Source of the DNA: Rhina ancylostomus
Lineage: Eukaryota
Direction: 5' to 3'
Assembly (NCBI GenBank): GCA_030265395.1
Contig: JARFYF010000072.1
Location: 540,028 to 604,027, forward strand
DNA: 64,000 nucleotides
Part shown: positions 23,801 through 34,400 of the stretch, piece by piece
Layout: each line of letters opens with the position of its first letter
Numbering within the stretch: position 1 is the first letter of the stretch
Notes under the pieces: model-generated
The model's database searches: none
The model's input: only the letters and a program-made list of their open reading frames with translations
What the model was told of the DNA's origin: nothing
Translations under genes and position numbers: made by a program

Positions 23801-26800
23801 GTTCTCCCACTGAAAGGTCTGTACGATGGCCAAGCTCCTTTCCCGATTTCAGGTCCAGTATGGCCCGTCCTCTAGCCGGACAACCGGATACTGATGTAAG
23901 AAACCCTCTTGGCTGTATGTAACAAATGTTACCCGGTCTAAACCTCTCGCGTTAAGGACGTCAGATTCGATAGTGGTAGCTCGTCACTCAGGACAGCAAC
24001 CCTGTTTTTCTTCAGTGTCCCGGGGTCTATTCGGGGCATGTATGATAAATGCATCAGGGTGATTGCACTTTTCTTATTTTTGAGTTTTCCCCATATCGAC
24101 TCAGTGAATTAGCCCTCCATTATGTCCCCTCTTGAATACAACTGTGATGCTATCTCTGATTAATAGTGCAATTATCACCCCATCTTCTACCTCCCAGTCT
24201 ATCATTTCTGAAACATCCAAACGCTGGAACATGAAGCATCTAGTACAGTCCCTCTCTCAACCATGTCTCTGTAATAGCCACAACATCATTTTCCCATGTA
24301 CTGATTTATGCTCTGTTCATCTGCCTTACTCTTAATAATTGGTGCATTGAAATAAACACACTTTAACCCGTCAGTTCCATCTTGTCTACTACCTTTTCTC
24401 TGCGCATTCTTCCTAACAGACTTACACGTCATAATATTTGCCTTCCTCTAAACGCAGCATTCTCTCAATGTGTGATTAGAATTCTGAAGTATTTTATATT
24501 TTCTGGTTATTTGTGTATTCAACTTTCTCTGAAAATCGACTATGATCGTGTCTTTTTCTGGTTTGAATCGAAATTTTTATTTCTTTGGCTGATATACNNN
24601 NNNNNNNNNNNNNNNNNNNNNNNNNNNNNNNNNNNNNNNNNNNNNNNNNNNNNNNNNNNNNNNNNNNNNNNNNNNNNNNNNNNNNNNNNNNNNNNNNCAG
24701 ACGAGCAATATCTGTCTGTTCAGAGAACGTTGAGCACAGTTTTTATACCTGACTATTGTCACTGCGATGTGAACAGTTTAGCGTGTTGGTCTGTCATCAT
24801 TTCACCAGCCGTTCTTCACTCTCGATCTGATACATCAACCACTCTACAACAACACTTTATTTTAAAATAATGTGTTCGTCTTCTTAATCAAATTGCTACT
24901 GTAACGCATTTGTTTCCGGCAAATATTGTTTACGCACTTTTGCAGATGTCAGTAATACCTTAAGCCCTGGCGCCATCACAGGAATAGTAGTTCGTCTCCT
25001 TTTGGGTATGTTCTGCATCATCAGTGTTTGGTTGATTGCAAGAAACACATGCAGGTAAAATAGATTTCTGAGAATGTCACTTTTGCATCTGATATTTGTG
25101 AGATCAATTGATCTGTAAATTACAAGCACACAAGCCAGTGCCACCCACATAACAAGCTTATGAGAAAGAAAAAAATGAAATATATGGCTTTAAAAGGAAG
25201 TTAAATGCAATTTTTTGAAGAAAGAGGTGAATGGGGGAAGTTATCATTGTAGGAACGATGGCATTATACTGGGGTCAGTATTATGTGCATTGAAATATTC
25301 AGTAATTATTCATAACCAAGACGTGGGTCCAAAGTATAATTTCTACATTTTCCGTTGACACNNNNNNNNNNNNNNNNNNNNNNNNNNNNNNNNNNNNNNN
25401 NNNNNNNNNNNNNNNNNNNNNNNNNNNNNNNNNNNNNNNNNNNNNNNNNNNNNNNNNNNNNNNNNNNNNNNNNNNNNNNNNNNNNNNNNNNNNNNNNNNN
25501 NNNNNNNNNNNNNNNNNNNNNNNNNNNNNNNNNNNNNNNNNNNNNNNNNNNNNNNNNNNNNNNNNNNNNNNNNNNNNNNNNNNNNNNNNNNNNNNNNNNN
25601 NNNNNNNNNNNNNNNNNNNNNNNNNNNNNNNNNTAAGGCATGGACATGTCTGGGCTTTATCCATAGAGGCAGGGAGTATTAGAGGAAGGGAGCTACGCAA
25701 CACATTAAGAACTTGCATACGAGACAGCAATTTATTTTCGTCATTTCTGGTCACCACTTTATAAGAAGCAGGCTAGGACTTCAGAGTGGTATGTACTCCA
25801 GAACAGATGTACGAAAGTGGGCCCTGGGATCAGAGATGGATTGTAGGGACTGGGACTGTTTAATTTTGGGAAAGGGAAGGTTGAGTGGAGATTTGACTGA
25901 AGCACATAAACTGATGTAGAGGGTGGACCACGTGGAAAGCGGGAACTTGGTTTCCTTGGTGAAAGAGTGAAGGATTAAAGATCACAGGCACAAAACAAAG
26001 GGGGCGGGTTGTAAAAGAGACGAAGAAAGGCTTATTTTGCACAGAGCATCGTTGGAACATCGACCGCCCTACTTGCGGATGCTTTAAAGGCAGGCCCCAA
26101 TGTCGCCATTCAGAGGGAGCTGGATAGATATACGATGGATAAATATTTGGAGACGGAGATATGTCAGTTGGTGGAGCTGGAGCTAGACCAAAATATTTTG
26201 CACCGCTTCTCGGCCATAACCTCTGATGTTGATACGGAGCAGTAATGAAATATGGCATCCGATAACTGAAACAGTTTCAAAGAATAACTGGAAACACAAG
26301 ACACTTTTAGATGATGGAATCTGGAGCAACACACAAAATGCTGGAGGAACTCAGCCGATCAGGAAGCATCTATGGAGGGAAATGGACAGTAGAGCTTTCT
26401 GGTGGAGACGTCCGATGAAGGGTCTCGATAAAGAGTCTGGACTCGAAACGTCCGCTGTCCAATTCCCTCCGTAGGTGCTGCCTGAACCGCTTTCTGTGTT
26501 CCTGATGGAATAACTGGACATCCATGAAATTAGACTTCAGTAGCAGTTCTCATTCGGTGTATCAGTCCAAGGAAATAACTTGAAGCAGATTTCACCTTTT
26601 GACCTCTTTGTTTATTCAGGGTGAAAGGTCCATACCGGGCGAAATATGACACGAACATCACTTCAGGAGGAACGAGTGAGTGAACTCCTTTACAACTGTT
26701 CCGTTACTGTGTCCATGGAAATATAAACAGTCCCTGTTAATATAGCTCGATTTGATGACCTGTGTATCACAGCGCTACCGAAGCTGAATATTTCCAACTT

Positions 26801-28280
26801 ATTGAAGGATAACTAATGCCGCTAATTTTGCCAGTTAAGTAAGCTGAACTTTTCAACTCAAGACGACAATGTGAGTGCAGAAATGGAACGTAGTTTATGT
26901 AAACTGAACTTCAAGTTATTGTCATCATACCTATTTATGGGATCATCTGATCACGGCCGGGGAGGGAATGTAACTAATGTGATAGCTGGTACTGTGGAAT
27001 GGGTCGGATAGATTTTCTCTGTGGTGACTAACTTCTCGTATTTTTTTTTGCTGTTGTGTCTGAATATGTTTCCTTCCCATAGGCGCCTTGGCTGTAAACA
27101 CCGCGAACGCATTGCAGTCCTATGAAAATTTCCCAAGGAATGAACAAGTTGGTACCTGGTCTTGTATTCATGATCGGAGATTTTGTTTTAAGTAGAAAAA
27201 CATAATACATTGCAGGCATGACAGTAATTTTACATTTGGCAACTGTGAATTGAGCGCATCAAACTTTCTTGCTGAGTCCTGTGTCGGACATGCTAAACCT
27301 CTTAATTCCCGGCAGAGGGACGTTGATGACAAGGCCCGCAGTTGTTGCTGCCCCTGGTTGATCAGTTTAATGACCACGACATTTAGGGTCTGTAGTCACA
27401 CAGATGGGGAAGGCTGCGGAATGATGGCAGATTTCTATCTGTGATGAGTTGTGAGCCAGGTGACTGTTTATGACAAGTAGCAGTTTCTGATTACCATCAC
27501 CGAGGCCACAGATTTTAGCACATGTCTCAGGTGATTCTTAAAATTGAATCCCCCATTTCCACTTTCAGATGTAATCTTATGCCACATGACGAAAGACCAT
27601 GAAGGCGAGTTGCTCGTCAAGTAACAACCACCACGCTACTGTACTACTGGAGCCTCACGAATGGTGTCATGACATTCAGAAGTGAATATTTCATTCTCAC
27701 ACTGAATCAAAATCAGGCAGTGCGCAGAAAGGGCGAACGAAGCAATTTTGCTCCAAGCAGAAATAAATGTGAACATTAACCATCCCGGTGTTCATGTGTG
27801 GGGAGAGATAATGGAATTCAAAGTGCCATTGCATAAAGATAATTAATGTTATTTCCTCTGTCCAGAATGTAAGTTCGAGTGCGCCAGATGGAAACTCCAC
27901 TTATATGGTAAGATATTTATTGTGTACATTCTTTTTTGAAGTAAATTCTTCAATTTCACCCACGAAGAAACAAAACCAAGAGTCAGGCATTCGACCCCTC
28001 GAGCATCCTCCGCCATTTAATACCGTCGCAACTGTGCGTCTCAGATCCGTTTTCCATCTGGACCTCGTGTTCATCGATTCCTTTCAGTGTCCACACAAGA
28101 CATTGTCTATGTTCTTCCAATTGTCATTTGACACTGCGTGCTTCTGTTTCTATACGTTGCGAATCATAACAATTTCTTCACGTTTAACAGGGACTGAAGC
28201 TGGAAGATCGATTCTTTTACAGTGATCTGAAGAGGTGTGTGGACAAAACATTCGACAAGCAATCCAAGATGTTACTTTAA
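14814..28280 (+). CDS. CEACAM-like gene C (L-N-A-B-TM-cyt1-4, ITAM-bearing); exons 14814-14865, 15046-15360, 21901-22176, 22258-22515, 24946-25054, 26620-26675, 27083-27147, 27866-27907, 28191-28280
   Basis: Phase-compatible exons with AG/GT boundaries, except the B-exon donor, which reads TT. Peptides are given in the exon entries below. Confidence 0.75.
15046..15360 (+). CDS. Gene C IgV-like N-domain exon
   Basis: CCCTCACAG|..QSQNFDIHTEHSRINATVGVDALFSVRP..WAFGGKIIATW..YRTRAELLSNGSLRLKSVQVSDSGVYRV..|GTGAGT; 315 nt. Confidence 0.9.
16308..16591. mobile_element. Young repeat with long inverted ends (MITE/foldback-like or LTR-derived); centre lost in a gap
   Basis: tgtcatggttctgagttctgg..ccagcacatggattcca at 16308-16411 and its reverse complement at 16512-16591; the same ends occur at 54153 and 55546-55661. 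Confidence 0.6.
16765..16978 (+). mobile_element. CR1 LINE 3' end, same subfamily as 1-315
   Basis: Closely similar to 100-305 (tgccatctgatg..aataaatt..gggagaggtctg..cctgttttctgtgctgcagtgttctatg). Confidence 0.8.
17000..18970 (+). mobile_element. Degenerate CR1 LINE: ORF1 SGNH/esterase-like region and ORF2 endonuclease
   Basis: PIVIGDSLG..RESRMVCCLPGAR (ORF1); tgtgtttatttcaacgct..gcagaaacctggttg (CVYFNA..ETWL); EGINEYFASVFTKE..SPRPDGRYPTILKE. Confidence 0.85.
18991..19221 (-). mobile_element. tRNA-derived SINE (HE1/V-SINE-like)
   Basis: The minus strand begins GGCACAGTAGCGTAGTGGTTAGC (A box) then GGGTTCGATTC (B box); near-identical copy at 39898-40126. Confidence 0.85.
20140..20373 (+). pseudogene. 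Decayed IgC2 B-type pseudo-exon in the gene C intron
   Basis: GLDRPNVTTNPGTPTYTAGSTITLICSIESSP, then after a deletion/frameshift ETGQ*LILADISVKDAGNYTCQV; acceptor AG reads AA; homologous to the gene D exon 41407-41667. Confidence 0.8.
21901..22176 (+). CDS. Gene C IgC2 A-type domain exon
   Basis: TTTACAG|..TPIENGDTIELTCHARG..WLKNNQ..SPDNATLTITSLIRNDAGTYKC..VQVH|GTAAGT; 276 nt. Confidence 0.9.
22258..22515 (+). CDS. Gene C IgC2 B-type domain exon (donor site mutated)
   Basis: YGPEKIRILPQ..GSNLTLTCFAVSFPRGEYAWYNG..DSGNYTCQVINSVT; 258 nt like the gene F homolog, but followed by TTGAGT instead of GT. Confidence 0.85.
22840..24375 (-). mobile_element. Degenerate CR1 LINE fragments
   Basis: TRVLPGLEGLSYWEKMDRRGPLSLERWRLRGD..HKIMRNID (23076-23279), with endonuclease-region remnants to ~24370. 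Confidence 0.8.
24946..25054 (+). CDS. Gene C transmembrane exon
   Basis: TTTTGCAG|..DVSNTLSPGAITGIVVRLLLGMFCIISVWLIARNTC(R)|GTAAAA; LSPGAIxGIV is the CEACAM TM signature; phase 1-2. Confidence 0.85.
25640..26200 (+). mobile_element. Degenerate CR1 LINE 3' fragment
   Basis: GKGRLSGDLTEAHKLM and cttattttgcacagagcatcgttggaac resemble the CR1 ORF2 end. Confidence 0.65.
26330..26490. mobile_element. Palindromic Penelope-associated short repeat
   Basis: acacaaaatgctggaggaactcagc..; inverted arms 26359-26389 and 26455-26485; related ends at ~33660, ~37978 and ~54310. Confidence 0.55.
26620..26675 (+). CDS. Gene C cytoplasmic exon 1
   Basis: TTTATTCAG|G VKGPYRAKYDTNITSGGT A|GTGAGT; phase 2-1 fits the TM exon. 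Confidence 0.7.
27083..27147 (+). CDS. Gene C cytoplasmic exon 2 (YEN motif)
   Basis: TTCCCATAG|..ALAVNTANALQSYENFPRNEQ|GTTGGT; 65 nt, same length and donor as the gene F homolog 59264-59328. Confidence 0.72.
27866..27907 (+). CDS. Gene C cytoplasmic exon 3 (first half of ITAM)
   Basis: CTGTCCAG|NVSSSAPDGNSTYM|GTAAGA; homologs in D (..ENSIYI) and F (..GSSIYI). Confidence 0.8.
28191..28280 (+). CDS. Gene C terminal cytoplasmic exon (completes ITAM)
   Basis: TTTAACAG|GLKLEDRFFYSDLKRCVDKTFDKQSKMLL*; joined motif YMGL-x7-YSDL. Confidence 0.82.
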   Translation, partial: GLKLEDRFFYSDLKRCVDKTFDKQSKMLL

Positions 28281-31200
28281 AAGGAAACGTATCTATTATT
28301 TTTCATGTCTGAGAATTGTGTAAAAGGCGAAGGCCGGGGTTGTACCCGCTAGCATGTTGCCCTGTGATTATCAAATGTCAGACATGTAACGGTGTCACAC
28401 TGCAGTCAGGCCGGAACTGTCACAATGTTGATCCAGAGCAAACTCACAGAGAACCCATATGCAGCACACTGATACAAGACTGGAGTCAGGATACTTCCTC
28501 AGGACAAACACAGGCAGTAACTGNNNNNNNNNNNNNNNNNNNNNNNNNNNNNNNNNNNNNNNNNNNNNNNNNNNNNNNNNNNNNNNNNNNNNNNNNNNNN
28601 NNNNNNNNNNNNNNNNNNNNNNNNNNNNNNNNNNNNNNNNNNNNNNNNNNNNNNNNNNNNNNNNNNNNNNNNNNNNNNNNNNNNNNNNNNNNNNNNNNNN
28701 NNNNNNNNNNNNNNNNNNNNNNNNNNNNNNNNNNNNNNNNNNNNNNNNNNNNNNNNNNNNNNNNNNNNNNNNNNNNNNNNNNNNNNNNNNNNNNNNNNNN
28801 NNNNNNNNNNNNNNNNNNNNNNNNNNNNNNNNNNNNNNNNNNNNNNNNNNNNNNNNNNNNNNNNNNNNNNNNNNNNNNNNNNNNNNNNNNNNNNNNNNNN
28901 NNNNNNNNNNNNNNNNNNNNNNNNNNNNNNNNNNNNNNNNNNNNNNNNNNNNNNNNNNNNNNNNNNNNNNNNNNNNNNNNNNNNNNNNNNNNNNNNNNNN
29001 NNNNNNNNNNNNNNNNNNNNNNNNNNNNNNNNNNNNNNNNNNNNNNNNNNNNNNNNNNNNNNNNNNNNNNNNNNNNNNNNNNNNNNNNNNNNNNNNNNNN
29101 NNNNNNNNNNNNNNNNNNNNNNNNNNNNNNNTCACCCACTGAATACTGCATGATGTAATGTTGTTGCACAACCCAGCAGCAGATTTTACTGGGCGACATT
29201 CAGCCTCAGCTCCCGCTGACGGAGGGTTTGGGATCATTCATGGTACAAATGACAACCACAGAACCACAGAGCCAGCAGCTGCCACGAACCGCTCTTCTGT
29301 CGTCCCGCCACCCCTGTCGAAATGTGTGAATGGTCACTCGCCCTGTGTAACCGTCCGGCTCTCAGCCGACGGCAGGCAGGCAAAAGTATATGTGGGCGAA
29401 GTGGCGGGTCAACAGGCCGGGAGGGCAGAAGTGCTACTTTACAATGGCCCGAAAGTGAAGAATTCCCGTTAGGGCTTGGTAAAAATAAAGGCGTGGAATG
29501 TTCTAAGGTGGTCGTTCACCCTTCATTTGTCAATGCTCTGAGTCCATGAAACAAAGAGGATTTACTGAGGGGACAATATGGCATTGTCTATCCCTGCCCT
29601 AGACTAAACTAAGGACGAACGATGCACAGGAATAGAACGTTAATGCCATGGTTACAGGTTTCAAAGAAGAAAGAAATACTGACGTTGAATTTAAAGCTGG
29701 CGCAGTGCTGCAAGGCAAATTGCAATAATCGGCAGACGATTGAATAAGCAAGAGGGCTGTTAGCGGTGGCGTTGCACAAGGCGACTTCCTTTGTTGTGGT
29801 GCATGTGTCTCAACTCAGTTATTCTTATGGATTGTAAGTAGTTTGAATATGGATATGTCACCGGGGTTTTGATAAAAACAAATCGACCCAAATAGTTATC
29901 TCGTTCTCCCTCCATCGATACTGTCTGACATTTTGACTATCTTCCGCATTACCCGTTTCATTACAAACTCCTTTTAACACATCCATCTCAACACTCGTCA
30001 TCAGTTTCGGTTTCCGATCGCCCAAGCGATTGGTTCAGTGAATGGTTCTCCTTTCCGAGACTCTGACACAGTTCCTTCTGCAATATATTTCCTAAAAATA
30101 TGAAGTGACTTATTTTTGCAGAATGCTGACAATTCCCATGTCTCCATTCACTTTGTATATTTCTTAAATGCGCGTCTCCCACGCGTCAATGTTTCACTGT
30201 AAAATAATGTTTTTTTTCTTGTTTCCGGTTTCAGTGTATTGTCCGAGTGCTATTGCTTTCACACACATCATCTAAATATAAAGTAGGAAATTACTGTATA
30301 GAAACAGGCCCTTCGTCCCACGAACTCTGTGCCATGATGCCAACTTAAAGCGACACCTCTCCTGACAGGTGGCCCACATCATTCCATTTCCCGCCTGTTC
30401 ATTTGCTGTCTAAATGCCTCTTAACAGTTGCTATTCGCCACTTCCCCTGGCACCTACAACTTTCTGTATTAAAACATGCCTATTAAATGTACTTTAAACT
30501 TCCCCTGCACTGATGTTAAATCTGAACCCTCTAATATTTGACACTACCACCTTGGGAAGAAGACACTGACTGTCGACCCTGTCTGTGCTTCTCAGTAATT
30601 TATTGACATTTATGTGGATAATAAACATCAACGCTAATCAATGGAGTACAATAACCTGTTTTCCACTATATTCCAAATGACTGAACGCCACCAGTCGGTG
30701 TTGGAATTCAGGTCATTCATTTGTCTCTTCTCCCATTTGATATGGATTCCTTCGTTCCCTCGCGAGGAAGTCCAAACTACCTCGCTTTGAATTCCAGTCA
30801 GTCACATGACAATGACAAGAAGATGGGATTTTCATTGGCGGGAGAATGAACAGCCGGTAGAACCAAAAAAGTTAAAGTTTTATATCGGTTTAGTTTAATT
30901 TGGCATCATGGTCGGCACAGACATTATGGACCGAAGGGCCATTTCCTGTGATCTACCGTTCTACGTTCTATGTCTCGACGATAGGTTCTCCAAGGACACC
31001 TGATGAGCTGTCCTGCTCCAAAACTGGAGACTCGTCACCGTCAGATGGTAACTAAAGCATTTACAGCTATAATACGAACATTAAGGCGGTTCGCTCTCAG
31101 TCAGCGGATGCCCGTGAGCGGAGGGCGTCAGCTAATGAGTCCAGATGCGTTCAGCCACCGACCCGGAGACCTCACTGGATGTTAAGTGGCAGTGGTCTGC

Positions 31201-33659
31201 TAAATGATTCCCTAGAATCTACTGTCAGCAGCTTGTTCCAAGTGGAGCAATGCGCTTAGTCCAGGTGGAAAAGACCAAAGTGAGAAATAGAAACTGCAGC
31301 TGGCCATTCTGTTCCCGCCCCCTGACTACTCAACCATTCAACAGGATCGCGGCTAATCTCCCAGCAGTGGCAATATCATGTACTTACTCCCTACCCCTGG
31401 GTTTCCTCAATATCCAAACATATGCCAGTCTCTCCGTCTTGAATATTCCCAAAGTTTCATTTCTACAATCTCTTGGTCGAGCATCAAAAGGACCGATCAC
31501 ATTCTGGGTAAAACTCTTGCTCTTTCTCTCGGGCTGACTCCTCATATTGAGACCATTTCTGGCAACCCATTTCGTAATGTGAGTCAGCTTCTAAAACAAG
31601 GTTGTGCATGTGGCACCAGTACCGTTTCAGTCAGATCAAAACCCGCCATAAAATATGAATCGATTCAAAACGGAAACTTCCTGCAAAGCTCAGCATGTCA
31701 GCCTAATCATAAGAAGCAGCATCTCTGCTCTCATCCAGCTAATGCCCCACTGGAATCCCACATGCTTTATTAAGGTACCGCCTCAGTTGCTAAATGATAC
31801 CTGCAGCTCACAAAACAAAACTCATTTGTAAATTGATCAACAAAACAAAAATTCCCGGTTTGCATTTTCCTCATTAAAGTAATTTGATCCACAAAGAATA
31901 TTGGGCGAACTACTTAACTTAGAGTACGAATATTCCAAATGTGAACTAGACTAGGCGGCCAATCGGCCCATCTAGCCTGCTTTGAGGAGGTCGAGGCCGA
32001 TCTGATTGTAGCATTAACTCCTCCTTCCCGGCTACCTTCGTAAATTATCACCTTGTTCCGCCGCCCTTAACTGTGAAGAAAAAGATGAGCTGATTTCACT
32101 CCAGTAGGCAACTGTGGGTTCATGTTGACCTCAAACTGTCGGTGGCAGAAAAGGCTACCGAAACCGTCTCAAATATGCAACAGGGCATAAGTAATACTCG
32201 TGGAATTCGGTCATCTGGCCACTCGAATCTGCTCCGCTCTTCCACATGGAGATGGATGATCCCTCGCTACCACTTTCCCGCCCACTTCTCAATTCCCTGC
32301 GGATGGTGTGCCACGTGGATGGTGATGGTGGTGGTCTTGATGGTGATGGTGGTCGCGCGTTTGGGAGGCGCTGCTGGAATAGCCTTCGCGAATGGGTGTG
32401 GCGCGTTCTGTGCTTGGTGCAATCTGCAGCCTGTGATGCAGGGAGTGGGCATTTAGTGTGGTGGCTGGGCTGCCGTAGAGATCGGAGACGTGGTGTCTGT
32501 CAGCTTCCTGATCCCAGATCATTTCATACTGCTGCCTTTGACTGCAGTCACATTTCACAGTTTGCTGTCCTCTACATTCTGACTAGTAGCTGAACTTCAG
32601 ATTCAAAGAGAGGAGACTCCAACTGCTAAAACACGTATTCTCCGGCAGAAGAGGAGGAGATGATTGCACGGAGACGCTCTGGGACGACACCAGGTGCAAG
32701 AAGTTTCCAGGGAAGTCTCCCTCTGGGGAGTGAAGGCTACTCAGTGCTTACACATTTGAGGAATTCTATGATTAGGCATATCATTGCGACGTTTAAGCGG
32801 TGCGCTTGGAAGACGTACCCAGCTCTCTGTGCACAGGAATTGCAGGCGATCGCCAGAAGGTAGCGCAGTTGTGAGTTAGGAGCAAAGTTTTAGAGGCGGC
32901 TGGTATCACGGCAACAGATCAGAATAATGCTGGGCGCAGGAAACTTAGAGTAGCAACGACTGTGATACTCATAGTAGCCCGTGCACCACCTTGAATACTG
33001 CCTCATTCCACCACCGGCACACAATGGTTGTGGAGTGGGACGTTTCCCCGGGCACATTGCCTACTTCAAGAAACACATCTTCCAAGTGACACATCCGCAG
33101 GGAACAGTGGATTTCGCGGGAAACTAATTTCCGGGAACAGTATCAGACATTGTTTTTTGAACAGCGGAGCAGACAGATTACTGACCGCTGCCTCTTTTTT
33201 ATGCCCTGGTTATCCTTTGAAAGGGACTATGGTAACTTTTAGAACTGTTGCGAACAAGCGTACCGTGAAGACATAGATACGGAGTTGACCTTACATTCTG
33301 ATCACACCTGACATCAGTAAATGGTGAAGCGGACATGAGGAGCCGATCGGCCACTCCTGCTCTCAATATTCCTGACTTCATTGTAACCGGAAAGACATGT
33401 CAGGATTTTGCAAGTTGCGGACAGGGATACTACGGCTGACTGCTCTCCCAAAACCAGGATTCATGGACAGAAGTTAAGGTGTCAGCTATTCCAGATCGAG
33501 ATCAGAATCCACTTCTTTATGCAGAAGGTGATGAATCTCTTAGATTCAAGACCAGAAGCAGTGGAGATTGAAATTCTGAGATGTTCAGTACCGATAGACT
33601 GATATATGCTGGGAGCTTTCGGAAAACCACCCAAAGGAAATTACAACAGGAATTTGGTA

Positions 33660-34400
33660 CAACAAAAATATTCGAGGAACTCAGCGACTCAGGAAGCGTC
33701 TGTGGAGGGAAATGAACAGTCGATATTTTTAGTTGAGAACCTTCATCTGGANNNNNNNNNNGCGCGGGGGAGGGGGGAGGAAGAAACTGGTATGTGGACG
33801 CAGGGAAGAGAGAATGATTGGTAGATGGGAGTCATGTTCGAGAGACAAGGGTGGAGATAGCGACAGAGATTGGGAGGTGATAGGTGGAGGCAACAAAGGG
33901 CTGCAGATGATGGAATATCACAGAAAAGGAGGATGGATTATGGAACGAAATGAGGGAGGTAGGGTTGGCAGATAGGGACGGTGAAGATAGGAAAGCCAAA
34001 GGGAGGAGGGTGTGGGTGATGGGCTGATGGAGTAAGCTTAGGGAGGGGAATTGAACTGGGTTATCTATTGTTGGGGAATTAGGTATGTGAAAGAGGACCT
34101 GGATATATCAGAATTAGAGAGAAAGAGAGAGAGTTGCATGATATTGGTGAATTGATTGTTCATGCCATCGGGTTGTAGACTGCTCAGGGGGCATATGAGA
34201 CGCTGCTCCTCGAGTTAGCGTTTAGAATAACCCCGGAATTGGAGGAGGCAGAGGACGGGGGGGGTGGGGGCGGCTTTGAAATGGCTTGCAGCCGGGAGAT
34301 GCAGATGCTCGCGGCGGATAGAGCGCAGGTGCTCGGCAAAGTGGTCGCCTGGTCCACCCTTGGGCTGGCCGAAACTGGCACGGTTAAAATATCAGCCACG
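33660..34400. mobile_element. Penelope-type repeat fragment (duplicated at 54310-55080)
   Basis: Starts gaggaactcagc..tctgtggagggaaatg, followed by the GA-rich tract seen in this family. Confidence 0.5.

Noticed and set aside
28316-29237. Long ORFs of 227-280 aa
   Set aside because: Artefacts of translating through the N-gap; the same applies to other X-rich ORFs.
32142-32593. Overlapping ORFs with a His-rich (HHHHQDHHHH) or hydrophobic stretch
   Set aside because: Driven by a (GGT/GAT)n low-complexity tract; no recognisable domain or splice support.
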